Part shown: in pieces, positions 1 through 10,585 of the stretch | Position numbering within the stretch: the first letter of the stretch is position 1 | Layout: each line of letters opens with the position of its first letter | Origin: Chiloscyllium plagiosum | Taxonomy: Eukaryota | Direction: 5' to 3' | DNA: 48,414 bases | Assembly (NCBI RefSeq): GCF_004010195.1 | Contig: NC_057750.1 | Span: 17,704,859 to 17,753,272 of the forward strand | Position numbers and translations under genes: made by a program | Notes under the pieces: model-generated | Database searches by the model: none | Told to the model about the DNA's origin: nothing | What the model saw: the letters and a program-made list of their open reading frames with translations, nothing else

Positions 1-372
1 TTAAAGGATTGGACATTCTGGAGGCAGGAAACATGTTTCCGCTGATGGGTGAGTGCCAAACCAGAGGACAAAGCTTAAAAATACGGGGTAGGCCATTTAG
101 GACAGAGATGAGGAGAAACTTCTTCACCCAGAGAGTGGTGGCTGTGTGGAATGCTCTGCCCCAGAGGGCAGTGGAGGCCCAGTCTCTGGATTCATTTAAG
201 AAGGAGTTGGATAGAGCTCTCAAAGATAGTGGAATCAAGGGTTATGGAGATAAGGCAGGAGCAGGATACTGATTGAGGATGATCAGCCATGATCATATTG
301 AATGGTGGTGCAGGCTCGAAGGGCAGAATGGCCTACTCCTGCACCTATTGTCTCTATTTTCTCTCTATTGTC
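1..372 (+). mobile_element. CR1-clade LINE 3' end (ORF2 C-terminus, 3' UTR, short-repeat tail)
   Basis: ORF 9..272 reads TRGQSLKI..FRTEMRRNFFTQRVVAVWNALP..VEAQSLDSFKKELD, the typical CR1 ORF2 C-terminus. It ends in a degenerate (ctattgtct)-type repeat tail that abuts the ERV pol. Confidence 0.9.
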
Positions 373-375
373 TAT

Positions 376-1580
376 CGTTTCGTTGAGTCCTTAGGATATG
401 AGGTGTCCCAGGTATAAGACTTGCGTTTTGCCAATTTATGCCTTTGTGGGGCTAACTTTTAACCCTGCGGTTGCCAATTCCTGCAATACTAGACATAAAG
501 CTTCCTGGTGTCCTGACTCGGCCTCTGAGGCAATTAGGATATCATCTACATATTGGAGGGCAGTGCTACCTTCTGGTAGATCTATGCTCTTCAGAATGTC
601 GCTCATCACCCTGTGAAAAACGGTGGGGTTGTTGTGGAATCCTTCAGGCAGGCGAGTCCACCTATAATGCCTGTCCCTTACTGTAAAAGCAAATTTATTC
701 TGGGACTCAGGGTATAATGAGATAGACCAAAACTCTTGGCTATGTCTAAAACAGTAAACATCATGTGTTCGGGGACCAAGCCGTAAAATGGTGGAGGGGT
801 CTGCTACAATGGGGTGCAATTTGGGGGTGACCTTATTTAGACCTGCATAATCAATGGTGAGCCTGTAGCTCCCATCAGGCTTTAGTACTGGCCACATCAG
901 GGAATTAGTCGTACTTGTTGTTTCTTTCAGGATTCCCTGTCTCACTAGTCCCTGCATTACCTCCACAACTGCTTGCTCTGCTTTGGGTTTCATTGGGTAT
1001 TGTCGGTGGGGTTTATGCTCCAGTCCGGGAAGCCTTATCGGGTAGATGTTAACTAGACCTGTATCTAATTTTGTTTCTGCCCGTGCTCCGGGGACGGAGG
1101 CGCGGATAGCTCTGAATCCCCCCTTTTCGATGCTCCAGTCCCTACTGGTGACTGTAGCCACTTTAATAGTTTCAAGGTGACTTGTAAGTTTCCCAATCTC
1201 AGTCTTGTGATCGTGCTGTCTGGGCCAAATCAATTTCCCTTTTGCACAATCGATTAGAACATTATATTCTCTCACGAGATCATTGCCCATTATTATGCCC
1301 TCGTTATTTTGGCATACATAGAAATAAACAGTACAAATATCCCCATGAAATTCTACAAGGGCAGCTTCGCTTCGGTAAGCTGGTGCTTTATCCCCTCCTA
1401 TTCCAGTTAAGTGAATCATTTTATTTGTGTGGGGTTAGGGTAAGTTTGTGATAGATACGGCCGCTCCTGTGTCTACTAGCATTTCACGTTTCCTCCCTCC
1501 TATTACCCTCTCCCTTACCCGCACGAATAGGGGCAGCTGGTTGTCAGCTCTGCTGACCTCAGGATCCCTGCGGTTCCATG
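376..1580 (-). pseudogene. pol: Retroviral pro-pol (aspartic protease + reverse transcriptase), disrupted
   Basis: MLVDTGAAVS (DTG at 1465-1473) is in frame with ORF 436..1419 across one TAA (1435-1437). RT motifs: QYPM, WPVLKPDGSYRLTIDY, FAFT, WTRLPEGFHNNP, QYVDDILI (YVDD 541-552). After the stop at 436-438 the frame continues IGKTQVLYLGHLIS. Confidence 0.92.
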
Positions 1581-2823
1581 GTGTTCTGGGTGGTGTTTGG
1601 GAGTGCCCCATGCTTTTCCCAGCACACTACTTCTATATCTCCTATACTGTTGCAGTGGCTGCAGTATTTTACATTGTTCCCTGCTCTATCCTCTGCTCAT
1701 GGGACCCTACATTTTCTATCCAAGTGTCCCTGCCACCGACTCTCACCTCCATTCCAGTCCGCTGCTTTGTCAGGACTTGCCTTTATCACAGGAGCTTCTG
1801 CATCCTGTACCCCACTAGCCCACTCAACTAGATCATCATAATTCTGGGACATTATTACTCCCGTTTTCAGGATGGCTTGGTGGGCGCTGGAGAGCCCATC
1901 TTTAAAATCTTGGATATTCGCCCATTTCCACCCCTACCCCCCCCCCCCCCCAACCCGATCTGGGTTTGCTTACCTCGAACGTTGCTGATAGACCCCCTAA
2001 ATAATCGGTACCCATACTCAGAGCCTCCTTCCCCTTTAAGTTGCTTAGTGGTCTTGATCCTGCTCCAGTTCGTGGGAGCATTTCCTAGCACCTTCTGAAT
2101 TTCTTCTTTAAAGTCAGCATATACCCACCGTCCTCCCCTAAAGTCTTGTGCTGCTATGGCAGCAGGTGCACCAGTTACCTGCCCACACTTGTCCCCTGGG
2201 CAAGCTGCCCGGACCAGCTGGTGTATGCCCTTCAGGTGTAGTTGGTGCCCTACTCATACACTATCCAGCTCTTCCCAGAACCTGGTGTTTGTGCTCTGGG
2301 GCTGTATTTTTCCCAGAGAGGCCATAATTTGCTGTCTCTCCTCAGGGGTGAAGGGTTTATAATTCACTTTGGGCTGCGAGTCTGTTCCTCCTCTGGTAAC
2401 AGGTCCTAAGTTATATTCTTGCATGGTTCGTCCAACAGGGGGAGCAGTTGGTCCCTGCTGGATGGTTCAGTAGGAGGGGAGAGTCAGTCTCACTTTCCCC
2501 TTGGACTTTTACTAATCTATGTTCTAGCTCCTTTACCCTGTCCTCCAGATCCTCAATTCATTCTTGGCCTTTTCTCCACCTGCTAGTGGAGGCACCTACT
2601 TGTTCAATTAGGCCTGCTAATTGGTACACTAACATTATCCCTATCTTTTTAGTTTTATTTCATTTCTGTTTGTCTACCCCCCCCACCCCTCTCTCTGTTA
2701 CACTAATGCCTGGGATAGGTCCCAACCACCCTTCCTAATTTGCTCTGTCAGCTCTTGTCTGTCTTCCTTGTATTTCTCAATAAGGGAACCTACAGTATCC
2801 CCCTTAAAACTTTGATCTGCCAT
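1559..2823 (-). pseudogene. gag: Retroviral gag, disrupted
   Basis: Manual translation: probable ATG at 2823 (MADQSF), coiled-coil-like IEDLEDRVKELEHRL, PTAP (2440-2451), capsid-like YKPFTPEE, MHR-like QLKGEGGSEYGYRL (2002-2043), Zn knuckle C-SH-C-NSIG-D-IEVV-C (1622-1663, His replaced by Asp), stop at 1559-1561. Start position is less certain than the motifs. Confidence 0.8.
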
Positions 2824-2862
2824 TTAGCAGATTGTGTAACCCTGAATACCATCAACAGTAAA

Positions 2863-3162
2863 GTGTTCCTAACCACTGGGGACTTCTCTACCCTCCTGGC
2901 CAATAATACTGTCCCAGCACCATCTATATGACCACAGCACGGTGTGCTCTCTACCAGTGGGACTTCTCTACCCTCTCAGTCACAACTACTAGCCAGTACC
3001 TACCAGTAGTTTGGAAATGTTGCCTCACTAAGGTGTGCTCTCTACCAGGACTCCTCTACCCTCCTGCCACCTCTACTGACCCAACCCCTCCCGATAGGCC
3101 CAGAAACCTACCTCTAGTCCAGTGTGCTCTCTACTGGTGGGACTCTTTACCCTCCCAGCCAC
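2863..3162 (-). repeat. Four diverged ~80-90 bp period repeats in the ERV leader
   Basis: A core like gtgtgctctctaccagtgggacttctctaccctc recurs at about 2863, 2942, 3033 and 3122 with variable spacers. Confidence 0.8.
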
Positions 3163-3764
3163 CATCACTCTTCAAGTTCTGACATTCTACTCTGGATTGA
3201 CAGAGTCCACACTCCCCACTTTGGTAACGTGCCCTCCACCGAGGTTTGGTCAGAGTGATCAGCTCCTCTCCCTCACCACATTGGAAGTTACAAGGACAGA
3301 CAGCACCCAACTTTTAACTTAAACTCTAACTGAAATCTGCATTATTCGCCCGTACAGAGTCCAGTGTTACCTTATATTGCCACTTGTGCTTCACAACTCC
3401 CGGTACCCTTGGCGCCTCAATTCACACTTCAAATCCCAACCTTCGTGTTGGGGGGGGCAGGTGGGCTACGTCTCTTAACCGGTTTAGGGCAGGGTTTTTG
3501 AGACGGGCACAACCTTGTCCTCTGGCTGTTTCAGCACAAGCACCAGGTTCTGACAACAGTTAGTACAGTTAAACACTTATTCTCCATAGACATGCACAAA
3601 ACTTTTTTTTTAAAACTCAGTACTGTAGCAAATTAGACATTACCATCAGTATGCCCTTTAAATGATGTCCTTGGCCCGGTCTGACTCTTCCCGTTTGCAG
3701 GTACAAATTGGTTCCTACCCCAGCTCCCCGATCATGGCCTTTGACCAGGGCACCAGTAATAAGA

Positions 3765-3782
3765 ACCCAGCTCATAGCGCCA
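3765..3782 (-). promoter_or_regulatory. Primer-binding site, tRNA-Ser-like
   Basis: TGGCGCTATGAGCTGGGT lies 2 nt after the LTR-terminal CA. It resembles the complement of vertebrate tRNA-Ser 3' ends (recalled as TGGCGCTGTGAGCAGGAT / TGGCGCAGCGAGCAGGGT). Confidence 0.7.
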
Positions 3783-3784
3783 AT

Positions 3785-4582
3785 TGTTGTGGGGAGAATC
3801 ACCAGCCTCGGTGTCGGCGTCAGGGTTGAATGACAAAGTTTATTGTACGAGGAAATACCAGAACTCCGGGAAGAGAGAGACACCAACGGCACAGTGGTCA
3901 GCTAGGAGTCTTCTCTTGACCCAGAGCGCACGTCAAGATATTTTTATACATTTTGTAATAATAGGTCAGTGATGAAGGTATTGTCTTTGTAACATGGTTT
4001 GTTTATTGTAAACATTGAAGAATCGTTAATTGGTGCAGTCATTCTCAGTTCCAGCACAGCCTTTGTTAATTTCAGCACGGTCGTTGTCAGTTTCAGTGCA
4101 GACATTGTCAGTTTCAGTGCCTGCGTGGATATGCATTGCTGTAGTAATGGGTGCTAATCGTTCTTCCTGAAAAGGACGATTACTGCAGCCCTGGCTATTA
4201 GCACGCTGTATTGAGTCGGTATCCAGCTGTTAGCATTTCTATCAAAGGTGTTCGCTGAACTCAGACACTGCATCAGGCAGTGTTCATTTATATTATCTCC
4301 CCAACTCACTTTAAACTAATCAATTATGTTGAGAGTGCATTGTACTGGCATTCTGGTGGCCCCAGGCAGAGTGAGTGTTTGCTCTGCTGTCTCTCTCCTT
4401 ATTGTAGTTTGGCAGCCATCTTGTGTGTCAAGTGGCCAACTTATGGCTCAGCGGCCATCTTGTGTGTCCGTGAGCCAAGTGGCACCCTGGCCATGCCATC
4501 GCCCTCTTCAAGTGCAGTGTGTAATATTGAAAATGCACTGTCTACAATAGTGTTTCTTAGTCTTATATTTTGAAGCTGTACA
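3785..4582 (-). mobile_element. 5' LTR of the ERV (outer boundary 4582 or 4308, uncertain)
   Basis: Ends ...CCCCACAACA next to the PBS. Minus-strand AATAAA at 3839-3844 and TATAAAA at 3942-3948. Two copies of GACACACAAGATGGC in the putative U3. Candidate starts: TGTACAGC at 4582 or TGAGTTGGGGAGA at 4308. Confidence 0.75.
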
Positions 4583-5934
4583 AACACGTCATTCAGTGAT
4601 TAAATCTTCCCACCAAGACTAGTACTCTAACAGCACACTCTCCCTAATCTTCAGTTTAATCTAACTTTTCTTCCAATCCATTCAAACGCTTTGCTCCTGA
4701 TCACCATAAACCCACGTTGTTTTAAAAAGATGTAAAAATACTTTACCTTTTTGATTTTAGAGGGCCAATTTAAAAGAAATCTGCATGACAGGCTCCACTT
4801 ATCCCCCCAACCCAACTTTTCGTAAAGACGAGACTCATTCTGGAATCTCCACACATGAAACACTACTGGAGATAGCAGATGGAGCAATTTTGGCTACAAT
4901 TTGTGACACAATGGGAAGGATGAGCAGCTATTCAGGCCTCGGTTCAACATCCTCATCTTTATCCCTCAACAGGGAAAAAACTCTTACTTTTGAATATACT
5001 CAACACCAGAGACTCTATAGCTCTCTAGTGTAGATTCCAAAACATCTCAACATGAAGTGATTAATGTTTGTTACCGGAGTCTGAAATAGCTTTATATTTT
5101 ACCTTTTTAAAAAGGTGGAACATTACAGTGCCACATCCTGACTGACTCCATCTGGTCACTCTGGCAATACAGTCTGGAGCTGGGCAGGTACCAATGCAGA
5201 CAGTTTGTAAAGCATCTCTCTTTTCCTAGGGACATTGACCCAGTTCTGACGATGAGTTTTAAGCTTCTTTTTGTCACCGTTTCAACAGCTGGCTGAGTGG
5301 AAGGTAAAAATAAAAAAAACCTGGGTGTATTGACAATAAATATCAGAATCTCAAACACTGTTGAAAGCAGACTAATACACTTTATCCATAAGACAATGGA
5401 CTCTCGTGCATCTGAATGCTTTCACAATGTTGGTCAATTTAATATTCATTTATCTTTCAAGAACAAAGCACCCAGTTGCTACGATAAAAACACACAATCT
5501 TGTCTAATTAGGATGTGAAGCTAGCAACAACTTTTCCAACTTGAGAATGGTCTAAGCTCACGGTTCATGACCCCTGATCTTAATTTGCACTAACTTCAGA
5601 AACCCCCCTGGTCTCACTGAATCAAACTCAAGGAGATGCAAAGTTGGAGGTAGGCAGTGAGATGGCAGTCCCAATGCCAGTATTTGTACTTAAAAGGATC
5701 ATGATCCGTCATGCCTCCCCTTGCTCGAGTCAACATAGCACCCAGCAGGAACAAGATCACGATTACAGAATTCTGGCTTCACCCCCTCTACATCTCACCC
5801 CAATTCATGTCTGGTCAGTTAGAGTCACCCCAATCAGTAACATCAAATCCTGGCCCTACAGATCAAATTCTAAATTCGGCAGTGTTTAACTGTCTAACCT
5901 GTCAAACACATAAAAGTTTAAAGGTTTATGCTAT

Positions 5935-6237
5935 TATGGAATCCCTACAGTGTGGAAGCAGGCCATTCAGCCCATCAAGTCTACACCAACCCTCCGAAGA
6001 GCATCCAATCCGGACCCTGCATTTCACGTGGTTAATCCACCTAGCCCGCACATCCCTGGACACTACGGGCAATTTAGCACGGCCAATCCACCCAAACCTG
6101 CACATCTTCGGACTGTAGGAGGAAACCGGAGCACCCGGAGGAAACCCACACTGGGAGAATACCTGTCGCCCGAGGCTGGAAGTGAACCCGGGTACCTAGC
6201 GCTATGAGGCAGCAGGGCTAACCAACTGTGCCGTCCC
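5935..6237 (-). mobile_element. HE1-like tRNA-derived SINE
   Basis: Reverse-complement match to the intact copy at 16297-16620 (tRNA-like head, central GGGTTTCCTCCGGGTGCTCCGGTTTCCTCC). Confidence 0.85.
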
Positions 6238-6437
6238 AATTAAATCACCTCAATTTTCTAAATTTGGGTCATAAAACCATTGACATACCACATCCAAGAA
6301 AGTCCTTCCTCTGATGTTGTGTACAATACCCAGGTATGGTCTCAATTTAGAGTTTCTCATAGCTATGTTGCCATTCTAAACTAATCCCATCTGCCTACAA
6401 GGGGTTCATACATCTCTATCCCCTGCCTGTTCACGTC

Positions 6438-8485
6438 ATAGTCATAGAGATGTACAGCATGGAAACAGACCCTTCAGTCCAACCCGTCCATGCCGACCNN
6501 NNNNNNNNNNNNNNNNNNNNNNNNNNNNNNNNNNNNNNNNNNNNNNNNNNNNNNNNNNNNNNNNNNNNNNNNNNNNNNNNNNNATCCTCCAATCCTGGCA
6601 ACATCCTTGTAAATCTTTTCTGAACCCTTTCAAGTTTCACAACAACTTCCCGATAGGAAGGAGACCAGGATTGCACGCAATATTCCAACAGTGGCCTAAA
6701 CAATGTCCCTTACAGCCGTAACATGACCTCCCAACTCCTGTATTCAATACTCTAACCAATAAAGGAAAGCATACCAAATGCCTTCTTCACTATCCTATCT
6801 ACCTGTGACTCCACTTTCAAGGAGCTATGAACCTGCACTCCCAGGTCTCTCTGTTCAGAAACACTCCCTAGGACCTTACCATTAAATGTATAAGTCCTGC
6901 TAAGATTTGCTTTCCCAAAATGCAGCACCTCGCATTTATCTGAATTGAACTCCATCTGCCACTTCTCAGCCCATTGGCTGATCTGGTTCAGATCCTGTTG
7001 TAATCTGAGGTAACCCTCTTCGCTACACCTCCAATTTTGATGTCATCTGCAAACTTACTAACTGTACCTCTTATGCTCGCATCCAAATCATTTATGTCAG
7101 TGACAAAAATTAGAGGGCCCAGCACCGATCCTTGTCGCACTCCACTGGTCACAGGCCTCCAGTCTGAAAAAAACCCTCCAACACCACCCTCTGTCTTCTA
7201 CCTTTGAGCCAGTTCTGTATCCAAATGGTTAGTTCTCCCTCTATTCATGAGATCTAACCTTGCTAATCAGTCTCCCATGGGGAACCTTGTCGAACGCCTT
7301 ACTGAAGTCCATATAGGTCACATCGACTGCTCTGTCCTCATCAATCTTCTTTGTTACTTCTTCAAAAAACTCAATCAAGTTTGTGAGATATGATTTCCCA
7401 CGCACAAAGCCATGTTGACTATCCCTAATCAGTCCTTGTCTTTCCAAATACATGTACATCCTGTCCCTCAGGATTCTCTCCAACAACTTGCCCACCCTGA
7501 CGTCAGGCTCACCAGTCTATAGTTCCCTGGCTTGTCTTTACTGCCCTTCTTAAACAGTGGCTCCACGTTTGCCAACCTCTAGTCTTCTGGCACCTTACCT
7601 GTGACTTTCGATGATACAAATATCTCCGCAAGAAGCCCAGAAATCATTTCTCCAGCTTCCCACAGAGTTCTCAGGTACACCTAATCAGATCCTGGGGATT
7701 TATCCACCTTTAACCATTTCAGGACATCCAGCACTTCCTCCTCTGTAATCTGGACATTTTGCAAGATGTCACCATCTGTTTCCCTACAGTCTATATCTTC
7801 CATATCCTTTTCCACAGTAAATACTGATGCAAAATATTAATTTAAAATCTCCCCATTTTCTGTGGCTCTATACAAAGGCTGCCTTGCTGATCTTTAAGGG
7901 GCCCTATTCTCTCACTAGTTATCCTTTTGTCCTTAATATACTTGTAAAAACCCTTTGGATTCTCCTTAATTCTATTTGCCAAAGCTATCTCATGTCCCCC
8001 CATCACTATTTTAAAACGAATAGAATTAAGGTCACTGGCCCCAAAGTGCTCCCCCACTGACCCCTCAGTCACCTGCCCTGCCTTATTTCCCAAGAGTAGG
8101 TCAAGTTTTGCACAGTCTCTGGTGGGTACATCCACATACTGAATCAGAAAATGTTCTTGTACACACTTAACAAATTCCACTCCATCTAAACCTTTAACAC
8201 TATGGCAGTCCCAGTCGATGATAGGAAAGTTAAAATCCCCTACCATAACTACGCTATCATTCTTACAGATAGCTGAGATCTCCTTACAAGTTTGTTTCTC
8301 AATTTCCCTCTGACTATTGGGGAGTCTGTAATACAATCCCAATAAGGTGAACATCCCTTTCTTATTTCTCAGCTCCACCCAAATAACTTCCCTGGATGTA
8401 TTTCCAGGAATATCCTCCCTCAGCTGTCCCTTATCAAAAATGCTACTCCCCCTCCTCTCTTGCCTCCCTTTCTGTCTTTCCTGTA
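6438..8485 (-). mobile_element. CR1/HER1 LINE, degraded, with internal deletion and assembly gap
   Basis: APE motifs (VMVGDFNFP, LDLLLGN) in ORF 7842..8516; RT motifs (QHGFVRGKS, YMDFSKAFDKVPH, MEFNSDKCEVLHFG); 3' tail near 6440. Confidence 0.92.
6499..6583. other. Assembly gap (N run)
   Basis: Run of n inside a CR1 copy. Confidence 1.
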
Positions 8486-8725
8486 AAATGCATCTTATTG
8501 TATTCACTTCCACCACCCTCCTCTGGCAGCAGACTCCAGGCTCCTGCCTTGCCTTGTGTAAATAATAACATGCCTTTCACACTTCACTTTAAACATATCT
8601 CCTTATTTTAAATCTACGCCCTGTAGTATTTGACATTTCCACCTTGGGAAAAGTAAAGACTCTTTAACAGCTGATTAGTTATTAATACGTTTACTTTTTT
8701 TTTTAAAAAGGCTAATAGATTTCCT

Positions 8726-8731
8726 TTTATT
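8726..8731 (-). promoter_or_regulatory. Candidate poly(A) signal of the CAPNS1-like gene
   Basis: Minus-strand AATAAA about 1.8 kb past the stop codon, at the end of a stretch with no recognisable repeats (about 8660-10560). An ATTAAA at about 10244-10249 is an alternative. Confidence 0.4.
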
Positions 8732-10558
8732 AAAAATCTCAAATTCTGGCCATTGGAAGTGAGAGAAAAATAAAAGCAGGTTAATATCATAAAGAGCAGA
8801 TTAGCAAATTTAAAATCACATATTCACCCCCAACTGTCTCAGTGCTTTGTTACACTATGGTAGATCCAATGGGACATCAGCATTAGAAGAACACAGAGGT
8901 TCTGGCATATTATGAGATTTTGGCAAGGCAGGAATGGGACTTGATGCTCCCACTTCAAAAAAAACCTGCAATTTTGATTCATCTTGAAATGGGCTGAGCT
9001 CGAGCAGTTCTCAACCTTCCCAATAGGAGAGCCCTGTGCCTTGGCAACATTCTGGGGCCAGGTAACTGAACGGCCTATTCCACACAGTTAACGAGTGTCA
9101 GGATGAGAAAAGGCACGGCCCATCTCTGCAATTAAACACGGTGTCAAATGGCTAAATGTGTTGAACCACCTCAAAAAGGCAGGACTCAGAATTGGTTTTA
9201 CTTGCAGACAAATTTGGGTTTTGAGAACGCTAAAACAACGGAATACAGGTTTTAACAAAGATTGATGAAATAAAAATGTCTTTTCCCAAATGATATTAAC
9301 AGAAAGCCATTATCTCGCCAGTACTGATAAGTTGTATCGCAACTGAGAAAGAAACTGACCAGACTGATTGCATTGCTCTTGTGTAATACATCACAGACTT
9401 GACAAACCAATGGCTTACTAGCTCAAACGGAGTAATAATCAGGGAATGGGCCCTTGTACATTTGAAAGGTTACGAAGCCTCCCCAAGCTCAGGCACCCCT
9501 CCATGAAGAAGGAAATGTATTTCCAGAATTCCAATCTTTGGACCATTGGCACAAGCACCTTCTGCAACACCATCATTTGCTGGGGCTGCTTTTTTGTGCA
9601 AAGGGAGAGGCTGCAATGAATTGCCAGGGGGATCATAAATAAAGTTGCTTATACTTTGGGCATAAAGCAGCAAGAATCAAACAGCAGACAGACAAGTGAC
9701 AGCACTCAATAGATCAAGTTCCTGTACACAATAGCACTTAAAAAAACCTTTATAATACCCCACAAAGTACAAAGCACAACATTGCAAGAATAAGCTTGAC
9801 CTTTCCAAAGCTCCAGTTACTGGCAAACAGAACTCGTCTGTTGTGCCCCACGGAGCATTCATTAAATGCCATTCATTAAACGCTCCTTGGCACACAACAT
9901 CTCCCCACCCCTCCACACACCAGATTCAACAAGGGATGCTTTCAAGTTTGGCTTCTCCATAAAATAAGGAGAACAAATACTCAAGGGTGTGAATAAATCT
10001 TAAAACTACAGCTTCCGATCGGGCTGTGACCTTTAACATTGTTTAAAAATAAATTGCTTTCCTCAGTCTTTTAGGCACACGCACAAGGAAATATTCGAGG
10101 GCAACAGATTCAAACAAGAAAGGAAAAGCTCAGTTGTTGGAAATTGCAAGCAGAAAGCTCACAAGAGAATGAAAAGATGGTTTTTCTCCAAGAAGCTTGT
10201 GGATCTGAGAGGGGGGGGGGTCCAATGGTCAGTGATACTGACCTTTAATCTCCCATTTCCAAAGCTCATTCTCAACAAGACCTTTCTTTCAAACATTATC
10301 TTTTTCTTGATTTTGGCAATCTCAGAAGAAAGTAGTCTTGAAGTTTGGAATGGTCAAGGTTAACCACTGTGCTTCCAACACGCTGAGTTTACAGAGATCT
10401 CAGGAACAGTAAAAAGCCTACATGCAGAAAAATATATTTTCACCCTCTTCCCCCCACCCCTCCATCCTCAGCCAAGCAAAGGGCTATTGCTCTGATAGAT
10501 AAGTAGTGACAAGGAGATCTTCAGTTTTCTTTGATGAGCTGATCCCAAGGCGTTTGCT

Positions 10559-10585
10559 TTAGGAATACATGGTGAGTTGTAGAAA
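10559..10585 (-). CDS. CAPNS1: Calpain small subunit 1, terminal coding exon (FLQLTMYS*)
   Basis: ttttctcttttag acceptor, 27 nt, TAA stop; matches the CAPNS1 C-terminus WLQLTMYS. Confidence 0.93.
   Translation of the reverse strand, partial: FLQLTMYS

Larger units (their letters stand above)
373..4582 (-). mobile_element. Decayed endogenous retrovirus, 5' half (LTR-PBS-leader-gag-pro-RT)
   Basis: LTR, PBS, gag motifs, DTGA protease and YVDD reverse transcriptase occur in the expected order on the minus strand, with several stops and frameshifts. Confidence 0.9.

Noticed and set aside
436..1419. Intact or domesticated RT gene, or a true foamy virus
   Set aside because: Flanking in-frame stops and internal compensating frameshifts remove the first catalytic Asp. 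Gag has MHR and Zn-knuckle motifs that foamy viruses lack.
2863..3162. CRISPR-like repeat-spacer appearance
   Set aside because: Eukaryotic context, degenerate repeats, no cas genes, and it lies between a retroviral PBS and gag.
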